A DNA stretch of 64,000 nt, taken from the NCBI GenBank assembly GCA_015067465.1, contig SVMK01000002.1, positions 175-64,174 on the forward strand, written 5' to 3'. The first letter of the stretch is position 1. Each line of letters begins with the position of its first letter. A program made the translations under genes and the position numbers. The notes beneath the pieces are model-generated. The model was not told the origin of the DNA. It did not search any database and saw nothing but the letters and a program-made list of their open reading frames with translations. The DNA comes from Oscillospiraceae bacterium (GTDB lineage: Bacteria > Bacillota > Clostridia > Oscillospirales > Oscillospiraceae). Shown piece by piece: positions 1 through 7,773 of the stretch.

Positions 1-413
1 GCAGCCCGATGGCGGAGTTTGTGATGAAAGAGATGGTGCGTCGCGCGGGGCGCGAGGCGGAATTTCAGATTGCCTCGGCCGCGACGAGCACGGAAGAGCT
101 GGGCAACCCGGTTTATCCGCCCGTGCGGAGACTGCTGGCCGCCCACGGCATCGACTGCAGCGGCAAAACCGCGCGCCAGCTGCGGCGGAGCGACTATGAC
201 GACTATGACCTGCTCATCGGCATGGACGATGCAAATCTGCGTAATATGCAGCGCATCTGCGGCGGCGACCCGGAGCGGAAAATTCACCTTCTGCTGGACT
301 ACACGGACCATCCCGGCAGCGTTGCCGACCCGTGGTATACCCGCGACTTTGAAGCAACCTGGCGCGATGTGAACGACGGCTGCAGCGCCCTGCTGGACCG
401 GCTGCCCCACTGA
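1..413 (+). CDS. low-molecular-weight protein-tyrosine phosphatase, 5' end cut by window edge
   Basis: Frame is open from nt 3. The translation starts SPMAEFVMKEM, which is the end of the CX5R(S) P-loop (CRSPMAE) of LMW-PTPs. The C-terminal DPWY motif is present. Confidence 0.85.
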   Translation, partial: SPMAEFVMKEMVRRAGREAEFQIASAATSTEELGNPVYPPVRRLLAAHGIDCSGKTARQLRRSDYDDYDLLIGMDDANLRNMQRICGGDPERKIHLLLDYTDHPGSVADPWYTRDFEATWRDVNDGCSALLDRLPH

Positions 414-460
414 AGCGCTCCCGCGCACTCCCGGCGCATTGACAGCTGCCGACAATGTTA

Positions 461-499
461 AAAAAGCCGCCTGCCCCACATGCGGGGCGGGCGGCTTTT
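461..499. terminator. bidirectional rho-independent terminator between convergent genes
   Basis: AAAAA-GCCGCCTGCCCC-loop-GGGGCGGGCGGC-TTTT. A 12 bp GC stem with an A-run on one side and a T-run on the other. Confidence 0.6.
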
Positions 500-568
500 G
501 CCTTTGATTGTCGGAGAATTCTCCACGAATACAGCGACAGGCGTGACACGGTCTCGGTGGCGCGCAGA

Positions 569-1165
569 TCAGGAGATCAGAGCGTCGATGATGAAAGTGC
601 CGAGCATAACGGCGTCTTCAACGGAGAGATAATGCTCCGCCGAAGCGTCCAGCAGCATGCGCCCGGAGGCGGGAAACTCGTCGTCGGCAAACCAGAGCTT
701 CAGCCAGAGGGGATAATTCGGCATAAAACGAAATTCGGCGCAAAAATCTGCGTTGGACGGGACAAGCTTTGCCCCCAGCGCCAGACAGCGGCGCTCCAGC
801 TCCTGCGCGGGCATGGTGCCAAGCTGCGTCTGAATCGCTTTTTCCGCATCGCGGTCAAAGCCGCCGCCCCGAATCAAGCCGTCTTTATATTGGGCGAATG
901 TGATTTGCCGCCCGGAAAGCGGCGTGCCGTCCGCCGAAGCGAGATAGTGGAGGATGCTCAGTGTGAACCACGGATTCTGCTCCGGTGCAATGCAAAAATC
1001 CGGATAGCTTACGCGAAGCTGCCGCCCCATGCTTTCGAAGCGGAATGCGCCGTCGCAAAAATCGACGCTGCCTTTGGCGCAGATGTCTTCGTGTGCGCGC
1101 CCGCGCAGCCGGTCAAGCGCTGCGCACTGCATGGTGTAAAACGCGCGGTCGTTCTCGTTTATCAT
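569..1165 (-). CDS. hypothetical protein (possibly DUF3786-like; family assignment from memory only)
   Basis: 198 aa ORF with protein-like composition, 35 nt downstream of the dehydrogenase gene on the same strand. No motif I can name with certainty. Confidence 0.55.
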   Translation of the reverse strand: MINENDRAFYTMQCAALDRLRGRAHEDICAKGSVDFCDGAFRFESMGRQLRVSYPDFCIAPEQNPWFTLSILHYLASADGTPLSGRQITFAQYKDGLIRGGGFDRDAEKAIQTQLGTMPAQELERRCLALGAKLVPSNADFCAEFRFMPNYPLWLKLWFADDEFPASGRMLLDASAEHYLSVEDAVMLGTFIIDALIS

Positions 1166-1200
1166 TTCAAAAAAAACTTTTTCGGTGCCCGGTGCGCGGC

Positions 1201-2160
1201 TTATTCGGCGCTGTCCGGCGTGTCGGGATAGTCCCAGCGGCAGAACTTCCAGTAAGGCTCGGAAACGCGCGCGGCGTATGCTTCCATATCGGTGCTGCGC
1301 CAGTCATAGAATCCCTTGCCGGTTTTCACGCCCAGATCGCCGCGGTCCATCAGCTCGCGCATCATGGCGGGCACGGTTTTCTCGTCGCTGAGGATGGGGA
1401 AGAGGTTGGAGCAAACGGTGCTGCAAAGCTCCAGACCGCCGTTGTCGAAATGCTCGAAAATGCCGATGGAGGTGTAGCGCGGGCAAAAGCTGTATTGCAG
1501 GCAGGCGTCAACATCGCGCGGATCGGCCACGCCGCTTTCCACAAGGCTGATCGCTTCGCGCAGCAGGGCAAACTGCAGCCGGTTTCCGATGAAGCCGGGC
1601 GTGGGCTTTTTCAGCAAAACAGGCTTACGGCCGAGTGCGGACAAAACCGACATGACATACTCCACCACGCCGTCAGCCGTTGCGTCTGCGGCACACAGCT
1701 CAAAATAGGGCACCATGTGCGCGGGGTTGAACGGGTGGGTGACGATGATGCGGTCGCCGTATTTTTCCATGCCCTGTGCAAGGACGTTCGGCACGATGGA
1801 CGAACTGACGGAGCAGATGGCGCGCAGCGCGGGGCAGTTTTGCTCCAGCGCGCGGTAAACTTCATGCTTTTTGTCGATGTCTTCCACGATGCACTCAAAC
1901 GCGATCTCCGCATCGGCAAGGTCGGCGTAAGAAGATGTGAAACGGATATATGTTTCGCAGATTTCGGACTGCGCGCGGGTGAGGAGCGACTGCGCTTCCA
2001 TTTGGCGGAAAGCGGCGCGGATGGTTTCCAGACAGCGGGCGGTGGATGCTTCGCCGCGCGAGAGCACGCACGCGCGCAGGCCGTGACCTGCGCAGAGCAC
2101 TGCCATGGACGAGGCGATCATGCCGGTGCCGATGATGGCTACGGTTTTCGGTTGCTGCAT
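1201..2160 (-). CDS. 3-hydroxyacyl-CoA dehydrogenase family protein (NAD-binding)
   Basis: N-terminal Rossmann motif VAIIGTGMIASSMA. Central HPFNP and GFIGNRL motifs typical of the 3-hydroxyacyl-CoA / L-carnitine dehydrogenase family. Confidence 0.8.
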   Translation of the reverse strand: MQQPKTVAIIGTGMIASSMAVLCAGHGLRACVLSRGEASTARCLETIRAAFRQMEAQSLLTRAQSEICETYIRFTSSYADLADAEIAFECIVEDIDKKHEVYRALEQNCPALRAICSVSSSIVPNVLAQGMEKYGDRIIVTHPFNPAHMVPYFELCAADATADGVVEYVMSVLSALGRKPVLLKKPTPGFIGNRLQFALLREAISLVESGVADPRDVDACLQYSFCPRYTSIGIFEHFDNGGLELCSTVCSNLFPILSDEKTVPAMMRELMDRGDLGVKTGKGFYDWRSTDMEAYAARVSEPYWKFCRWDYPDTPDSAE

Positions 2161-2255
2161 ATTTGAATAAACCTCCTTCGGGCGATGTGTGTTCTCTGTT
2201 TATTATAATCCGGCTGAGGAGAAAATCAAGCCGCGCGCAGCCGGACGCTTTGTAT

Positions 2256-2283
2256 TTGACTTTGGCGGGAAGTGCGTTATACT
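2256..2283 (+). promoter_or_regulatory. sigma-A type promoter candidate for the RNase/inhibitor pair
   Basis: TTGACT (2256-2261), 16 nt spacer, TATACT (2278-2283), about 45 nt upstream of the ATG at 2329. Confidence 0.45.
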
Positions 2284-2328
2284 TTTATATATTCAAAGCG
2301 AACAAATGCAAGAGAAAGCTGGACTGAC

Positions 2329-2892
2329 ATGAAACGAAACGCAAAACGCATTGCAGCTGCGCTGCTGACGCTGCTGCTTGTTCTGACCATGACCGCCTGC
2401 GGCGCTGCCGCGCCGGCTGCACCGCCCGCCACCGCACCCGCGGCGACGCAACAGCCCGCGCCCGCTGCAACGCCGGAACAGCCGGCGTCCGAGCCGGAAA
2501 CGGCGGAACCGGAAGCTGCGCTGCCGGATGAAAACGGGCTGTATTACGATGTTGAAAGCGTTGTGCGGTATCTCGCGGCCTATGGCTGCCTGCCCGCGAA
2601 CTACATCACAAAAAACGAGGCCCGCGAGCTGGGCTGGGAGGGCGGAACGCCGGAGGCGTATCTGGAAGGCGCTGCCATCGGCGGCGATCGCTTCGGCAAC
2701 CGCGAGGGACTGCTGCCCGCGGCATCGGGGCGCAGCTATACGGAATGCGATATCGACACGCTCGGCAAATCCTCCCGCGGCGCAAAGCGGCTGGTTTTTT
2801 CCAATGACGGGCTGTATTTTTACACCGACGACCATTACGAAAGCTTTTGCGAGCTGGTTGTGACAGAGCAGGGGGATGTGGTTTGGAAATGA
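2329..2892 (+). CDS. secreted barnase-family ribonuclease, putative lipoprotein
   Basis: The C-terminal 110 aa align with barnase (LPANYITKNEARELGW, GGDRFGNREGLLP, YTECDI, YFYTDDHYESF). The N-terminus MKRNAKRIAAALLTLLLVLTMTAC is a signal peptide with a lipobox Cys, followed by an Ala/Pro-rich linker. Start re-set from 2272 to the ATG at 2329. Confidence 0.9.
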   Translation: MKRNAKRIAAALLTLLLVLTMTACGAAAPAAPPATAPAATQQPAPAATPEQPASEPETAEPEAALPDENGLYYDVESVVRYLAAYGCLPANYITKNEARELGWEGGTPEAYLEGAAIGGDRFGNREGLLPAASGRSYTECDIDTLGKSSRGAKRLVFSNDGLYFYTDDHYESFCELVVTEQGDVVWK

Positions 2893-3146
2893 AAGAATAT
2901 GTGATTGACTGCCGCCGATTGACGGATGCCGCGGCTGCGCACGCGTATCTGAAGGAGCTGTTTGCGTTTCCGGAATACTACGGCGCAAACCTTGACGCGC
3001 TGTATGACTGCCTGAGTTCGATGCCGCCTTGCCGCGTGCGAATGGACTATCCCTGGGCGCTTTCGCAGCTGGGTGCGTGGGCCGCGCCGCTGCTGGAGGT
3101 TTTTTGCGACGTGGCGGACGAGTGCGAAGGATTTGTGCTTGCGTAA
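2889..3146 (+). CDS. barstar-family ribonuclease inhibitor
   Basis: 85 aa containing FPEYYGANLDALYDCL, the hallmark barstar helix. Its ATG overlaps the RNase stop codon (ATGA at 2889-2892). Confidence 0.9.
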   Translation: MKEYVIDCRRLTDAAAAHAYLKELFAFPEYYGANLDALYDCLSSMPPCRVRMDYPWALSQLGAWAAPLLEVFCDVADECEGFVLA

Positions 3147-3187
3147 CGGTGCGCGATGACACTATATATAATATAGAGAAGTTTTCA

Positions 3188-3226
3188 GCAGGCATCGGCG
3201 CTTCACCAAAAAGCGCCGATGCCTGC
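3188..3226. terminator. 14 bp perfect GC-rich stem-loop after barstar (weak or no U-tract)
   Basis: GCAGGCATCGGCGC-11 nt loop-GCGCCGATGCCTGC. A second 11-12 bp hairpin follows at about 3249-3276. Confidence 0.35.
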
Positions 3227-3321
3227 CTGCGTTATGCGGAGCAAAGAAGCGCCCCCCGCCAAAAGGGCGGGGGCGCCGGCTCTTGCCCCGGTGCTTGCCG
3301 GAGCGGAGGGGGGGGAGAAAT

Positions 3322-3347
3322 AAAAAACGGGCCGCGGCTGCGGCCCG
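3322..3347 (-). terminator. rho-independent terminator of the fliD-comFB operon
   Basis: On the minus strand: CGGGCCGC-AGCC-GCGGCCCG followed by TTTTTTATTT, 13 nt after the comFB stop. Confidence 0.6.
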
Positions 3348-3359
3348 AGAGATGATTGC

Positions 3360-3641
3360 TTATTCCTGCGGTTTGTTGTGCTGGGGATTTTCCTTCACGC
3401 GCTTTGCGCTCTGCACCATGGCAAACACGATGTCCGCGGCGTTTTGGAACACATGCATATCAATGCTGCTGAACAGTTCGCCTTTCAGGGTGGAAACATA
3501 TTTCGGCGGCAGATGATTCAGCGTGTAGGTGATCACGTCGGTTTTGCATATGTCGCAGCTGCAGCAGCCGCATTCTTCCAGCACGCTGTCAATGTTTTCC
3601 AGAACGATTTCTTCCATCAGGTTGCGGTAAGATTTATCCAC
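3360..3641 (-). CDS. comFB: ComFB-family protein
   Basis: 93 aa with the Cys cluster ECGCCSCDICKTDV and YTLNHLPPKY typical of late-competence ComFB. GTG start with a GGAGGAA Shine-Dalgarno. Confidence 0.75.
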   Translation of the reverse strand: MDKSYRNLMEEIVLENIDSVLEECGCCSCDICKTDVITYTLNHLPPKYVSTLKGELFSSIDMHVFQNAADIVFAMVQSAKRVKENPQHNKPQE

Positions 3642-3666
3642 TGAACGGTTCCTCCAGACAAAGAAT

Positions 3667-4113
3667 TTACTTTGTTTTGTCGTAGTTGCAGCCGGTGCGG
3701 CCGATGAGCGAGGAATGGAGATAAGCGCTGAGATTCTGCTTTTTGCGTGCGTTGATCAGCTCCTGCTGATAGCGCGCCTTGCGTTCTTCAACGATGGCTT
3801 TGCAGATGGTGTACTTTTCCGCGATGATGACAAGATTCTCCCGCGTGGACTTGCGCAGGGATTCGCACTGCGGTTCCGTTTCCGGGGAAATCTGGTCCTC
3901 GGCGTTGAGTTCGTCAACGCGGTCGGACAGCACCTTGAGCCGGGTCATTGCGGCAACGTAGCGCTCGGTAAAGAAAACCAGATCCGCATCGTCAGTGTCC
4001 GCGAGATCGGGGATATTTGTTGTCATAAAGTCACAAAGCGCCGAAGAAAGCTTGTTTGCCTGACTGAGGAGTTCAAGCTTTTGCAGCGCTTTGTCGGGAA
4101 TGACAGTGTTCAT
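3667..4113 (-). CDS. hypothetical helical protein in the fliD operon (possible flagellar export chaperone)
   Basis: 148 aa from the ATG at 4113, with an AGAGGGGG Shine-Dalgarno. It sits 58 nt after fliD and 25 nt before comFB. No recognisable motif. Confidence 0.55.
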   Translation of the reverse strand: MNTVIPDKALQKLELLSQANKLSSALCDFMTTNIPDLADTDDADLVFFTERYVAAMTRLKVLSDRVDELNAEDQISPETEPQCESLRKSTRENLVIIAEKYTICKAIVEERKARYQQELINARKKQNLSAYLHSSLIGRTGCNYDKTK

Positions 4114-4171
4114 ATACTGCCCCCTCTTTTTACCCAAGAATGTGTGTGCCGAAAGGCCTCAAAGGGCGAAA

Positions 4172-5692
4172 TCAGCCGGCGAACATAGAGGAAATGTAGC
4201 CTGCGGTGCTGTTGAGCTTTGCGAGCGCCGTTTCCATGGCTGCGAATTTATTGTAATACTTTTCGGCAAGCTTTGCAAGCTTATCTTCCATGGTGTCGAT
4301 CTCGTCCTCAATGCCGGTAACTTCCTTGTCCAGACCTTCCACCAGATTGTTGGAAGTGCTGAGATAGGCGTTGAGAGAGTTTCTGAGCTGATACACAGCG
4401 CCCTGCTTCTCCTTGGAAACGGAGCTGTTGCCGCCGGTGAACATGTTCACAACGGCATCGGAATCCTTTTCCAGCGCAGCTTTGAGCGCGTCTTCGTCAA
4501 GCTTGAGCAGGCCGGCGTCGGTGTCGAAGTAGCCGCCGGTGGAGATGCCGATGGAGGTCAGGTTCTTTCCGGTGCCGCCGACGTTGGAGAAAAATGCGTC
4601 CTTGATGGAGGAAATCAGCTTTTCGAGATCCTGGTTGCCGGAGAGAATGCCGCCCTTTGCGCGCGCTTCCCATTTTTCAATCTCGTCTTCGGTCATTTCG
4701 TCCTTTTCCGCATCGGTCAGGGGCTTGTAGGTGCGCGTTTCGTCCTTGGCGTCGGTGTAGAGCTTCACAGAGGAGAGCAGATCGTTCACGGCGTTGACGA
4801 ACGTTTTCACGGCGTCAACCGTGGAGCTGAAGTCGCGCGTGACGGAAAACTGCATTTCTTCCTCGGTGGTGGCGTTGAGTTTGTAGGAAACATCGTCGAT
4901 GGTAAATTCGTTTTCCTCGCGCTCAACACGAACGCCGTTGATGTAGGCAATGGCATTTTGTGCGCCTTCGGTGAAAACGCCTTCGCCGATGCCGAACGCA
5001 CCGCCTTCGCCGAATGCGTTGCCGGAGATGTTTTCGATGGTGACTTTTCCGTCCTTGCCGCCGTTGTCGGAGGTGACGGTGAAGCTGTCGGTCAGACGGC
5101 TGTATTTCATGGTGACGTTTGCGTCTGCGTCGGCGTTGATGGTGCTGATCATATTCTGCAGCGTGGTATCGCCGGAAAACTCAAACTTTTTGCCGTTGAT
5201 CTTAAAGGAAATATTGCCCTTTGCGTCAAACTGCAGGGGCGTGGCAAACGCGAGCTCGCTGAGGGTGGCAGTGTTTTTTGCGGAAAGCTCGGTGCCGGTG
5301 GAGATGCCGGTTTTGCCGTTTGCTGCTGCGTTGCCCGCAAGCTGCTCAACGGACACGGTGATCTTGCCGTCGAAAGCCTCGCCGCCGGCGTCGACCGTGA
5401 CGGCGCCGCTGGTGCTCGTGGTGGTGACGGAATACTTGGAATAGGTCGAGCTTTTGAGCATGCTCGAAGAACCCAGCACGGAGCAGTAGGTGTTGGAAAA
5501 TTCCTTCACCTTGTCGGCAATTTCGGTCAGAGCGGTGTTTTTCCACTCGCTGCTCTGCTTTTTGCGATACTGGGTGTCAATCTTCGTCTGCTGGGCGGCG
5601 CAGAGGTTTTTAACCAGCGCGTCGGTATCCATGTCGGAAAACATGCCTGTAATCCGGTTGGAATTGTTGTATACGGAATTAACATTTGCCAT
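4172..5692 (-). CDS. fliD: flagellar filament capping protein FliD
   Basis: 506 aa. The N-terminus NRITGMFSDMDTDALVKNL and the C-terminal coiled coil KYYNKFAAMETALAKLNS are typical of FliD. GGAGG Shine-Dalgarno. Confidence 0.9.
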   Translation of the reverse strand: MANVNSVYNNSNRITGMFSDMDTDALVKNLCAAQQTKIDTQYRKKQSSEWKNTALTEIADKVKEFSNTYCSVLGSSSMLKSSTYSKYSVTTTSTSGAVTVDAGGEAFDGKITVSVEQLAGNAAANGKTGISTGTELSAKNTATLSELAFATPLQFDAKGNISFKINGKKFEFSGDTTLQNMISTINADADANVTMKYSRLTDSFTVTSDNGGKDGKVTIENISGNAFGEGGAFGIGEGVFTEGAQNAIAYINGVRVEREENEFTIDDVSYKLNATTEEEMQFSVTRDFSSTVDAVKTFVNAVNDLLSSVKLYTDAKDETRTYKPLTDAEKDEMTEDEIEKWEARAKGGILSGNQDLEKLISSIKDAFFSNVGGTGKNLTSIGISTGGYFDTDAGLLKLDEDALKAALEKDSDAVVNMFTGGNSSVSKEKQGAVYQLRNSLNAYLSTSNNLVEGLDKEVTGIEDEIDTMEDKLAKLAEKYYNKFAAMETALAKLNSTAGYISSMFAG

Positions 5693-5784
5693 AGTGCATA
5701 ACCTCCAGACGTTTCACGCAAGCCCTGCCGCGGCAGGGGGAAAAGCACTTTACGCTGTCGTGATATTATTCTTCTTAATACTTT

Positions 5785-5811
5785 TTATCGAAGCACTTGC
5801 GAAAAACTTTA
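5785..5811 (-). promoter_or_regulatory. sigma-28 (FliA/SigD)-type promoter candidate for fliD
   Basis: Minus strand reads TAAA (5811-5808), 15 nt spacer, TTCGATAA (5792-5785), versus the consensus TAAA-N15-GCCGATAA. Confidence 0.5.
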
Positions 5812-5860
5812 TAGCAAATCGCAAAAAAGTTCCGGATTTTCCGAAAAAAACGGCTTCAAG

Positions 5861-6508
5861 TCACTCATCGGCGTCAAAATCGGCGTCGCACATGGCGCAG
5901 CCAACGCCGGAAAGCTCGCCGATGAGGTCGTAGTTGATCTGGTCAACCGCCTCGCGGATCTGGTCGATCAGCGCCTCAACACGCAGGCTGGGAAACACGA
6001 CAAAGTCCATCGCGGCAACGATTTCCTCCGCGCCGGTGAGGTCAAAATCCTCCGCGCAGCTCTGCAGTTTGCGGAAATAGCCGAGCAGCTGCGGGTTGGT
6101 TGCCATCTGGCGGTTTTCGGTGGTGGAAAAGGCGCGCAGATGGTCGCCGATCACATCGGTGAAGCGGTCGCAGTAGTTCAGCAGGGCAACGACGGAGGTG
6201 CTGAAAAGCTGTGTGCGCTTCTGGCGGATGACCGATTCAAGCCCCTCGGCCAGACGGGCGATGATGTGGGCGCCCACGGAATTGGCCGAGCAGCGCAGCG
6301 TGTGCACAGCCCGTGCGAGCGATTCCGAATCGGGGAAGCGGCCGTTGACCAGACTGTCCTTGAATTCGGGCAAAAGCGCGCTGAAGCGGCACAGTGCCGC
6401 GTGGTAATCGTCCATGGCGTCGGCGTGGAGTTTCAGACCAAGCTGCGGGTCAAAACCGTCAAGCTCGGGCAGGCCGGCAATGATCATCTGGCAGGCGGAA
6501 TAGTACAT
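5861..6508 (-). CDS. Hpt (histidine phosphotransfer) domain protein
   Basis: 215 aa. AVHTLRCSANSVGA matches the Hpt signature HxLKGSxxxxGA. AAGGAGAAG Shine-Dalgarno. Overlaps the 3' end of the upstream response-regulator gene by 25 nt. Confidence 0.7.
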   Translation of the reverse strand: MYYSACQMIIAGLPELDGFDPQLGLKLHADAMDDYHAALCRFSALLPEFKDSLVNGRFPDSESLARAVHTLRCSANSVGAHIIARLAEGLESVIRQKRTQLFSTSVVALLNYCDRFTDVIGDHLRAFSTTENRQMATNPQLLGYFRKLQSCAEDFDLTGAEEIVAAMDFVVFPSLRVEALIDQIREAVDQINYDLIGELSGVGCAMCDADFDADE

Positions 6509-7275
6509 GGTCTTCTCCTTTCACCGGAATTTTTACGGTAGCGGTTGAGCGAGGTCAGGATTTCGCGCAGCGTGGCGGATTTCAGGATGCAGCCGCTCGC
6601 GCCGTTGCGGGCGCACTCCAAAACGGTGGCGGAGCTGCTCTCGCCCGCGCCGGTGAGGAAAAACACGGGGATGGCGGCATATTTGTCCTGACTTTTCAGC
6701 AGGGAGATCAGCGTTGTGCCGGTGCACACGGGCATGGAATAGTCCAGCAAAATCAGATCCGGCGTGTGGCGCTCGAGGAATTTCAGCGCGTCGATCGCGG
6801 AGCATACCACCGTGACGCGGTAATGGTCCGAAAGCAGGCTGCGCAGCCTGCGCAGCTCCACCGCGTCGTCATCAACGATGAGCATGCGCTCGGGCGGGGC
6901 CAGGGCCTCCGGCGCGGTGCGCAAACGCTCCGCCAGCGCGGTGATAACGGCGGTTTCGTGGTTTTCCGGCGCGGAAAACACGGCGATACCGGCGTCGGAA
7001 AGCTGCTTTTCGGTTTCGGGTGCGGGGGTGTCGAGCAAAATGTGAATCACCATACCGCCCTGCGCGGAGCAGGCGCAAAGCCGTTCTGTTCCGATGGCGG
7101 CGAGCGCAGCGGCGGACTCTGCGCGGATAAACATTGCAGCGGGCCACACATCGTCGATGTAGCGAACGGCGGAAACATCCAGCGGCAGCAGTTCGGCTGC
7201 GTAATGCGGCGCGCGGGACGCAAGAAGCTCTCTGCTTCCGATGCTTTTGCTGCCGATCAGCGCGATTTTTTTCAT
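6484..7275 (-). CDS. response regulator: unknown N-terminal domain plus C-terminal receiver, no output domain seen
   Basis: The C-terminal receiver has LIVDDD, DLILLDYSMP (phosphoacceptor Asp), FFLTG and ILKS. Start re-set to MKKIALIG (ATG 7275, GGAGGTGG Shine-Dalgarno). Confidence 0.8.
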   Translation of the reverse strand: MKKIALIGSKSIGSRELLASRAPHYAAELLPLDVSAVRYIDDVWPAAMFIRAESAAALAAIGTERLCACSAQGGMVIHILLDTPAPETEKQLSDAGIAVFSAPENHETAVITALAERLRTAPEALAPPERMLIVDDDAVELRRLRSLLSDHYRVTVVCSAIDALKFLERHTPDLILLDYSMPVCTGTTLISLLKSQDKYAAIPVFFLTGAGESSSATVLECARNGASGCILKSATLREILTSLNRYRKNSGERRRPCTIPPAR

Positions 7276-7391
7276 GACTGCCGCCACCTCCGTTTCGTCC
7301 CGGCGGCAGCCGCAACCGCACAGATTTTGCGGCAAACCGCGCGAATAATCGCGAATAATGTAAAAATGATGGAAAATTGATAAATATTTAC

Positions 7392-7413
7392 TATAGACTA
7401 TATAGAGTCTATA
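7392..7413. repeat. AT-rich inverted repeat in a divergent intergenic region
   Basis: TATAGACT (7392-7399), 6 nt, AGTCTATA (7406-7413). The motif ACTATAT/CTATATA occurs three times within 7391-7436. Confidence 0.5.
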
Positions 7414-7594
7414 TATTAAACTATATCGAGCAAAACCCCGTAAACTTTAGCACTTTGCAGAGCGAATTTTAAAATTTTTTTTCAACAGCCTGATTTTCGG
7501 CGTGTTTTTCCTGAATTTCGAAGCGCTTTTTCGCCGAAAAACCGCCCCCGGGCGAAAAAAATAAAATTTGATAATGAAAAATTTATCAAACCGT

Positions 7595-7621
7595 TAAGTT
7601 TTTATCCAAAACGTCCGATAT
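7595..7621 (+). promoter_or_regulatory. sigma-28-type promoter upstream of the fliD-like gene
   Basis: TAAG (7595-7598), 15 nt spacer, TCCGATAT (7614-7621). The -10 element matches GCCGATAT at 7 of 8 positions. Confidence 0.6.
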
Positions 7622-7773
7622 ATGAATTGAGCAATGAAAAGAGCAGGGATGCTTTTGTCTTGGCGCGGGCAGCACAGGGACGGTGACGCTGCCGATGCGG
7701 CACCCGGACGGAACGGATCAAAAACCCGGGTGCGATGCGCAGAAGGGACCTTTCAGAGGTAAATGGTGTCCAT

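Noticed and set aside
2272-2328. N-terminal extensions proposed by the ORF track (for example 2272 for the RNase, 7335 for the regulator, 10005, 20437 for flagellin, 25554 for fliI, 39703 for fliP, 55752 for argH)
   Set aside because: The extensions lack Shine-Dalgarno sequences, overlap upstream genes or promoters, and add residues absent from the conserved family N-termini. Internal starts with a good Shine-Dalgarno were used instead.
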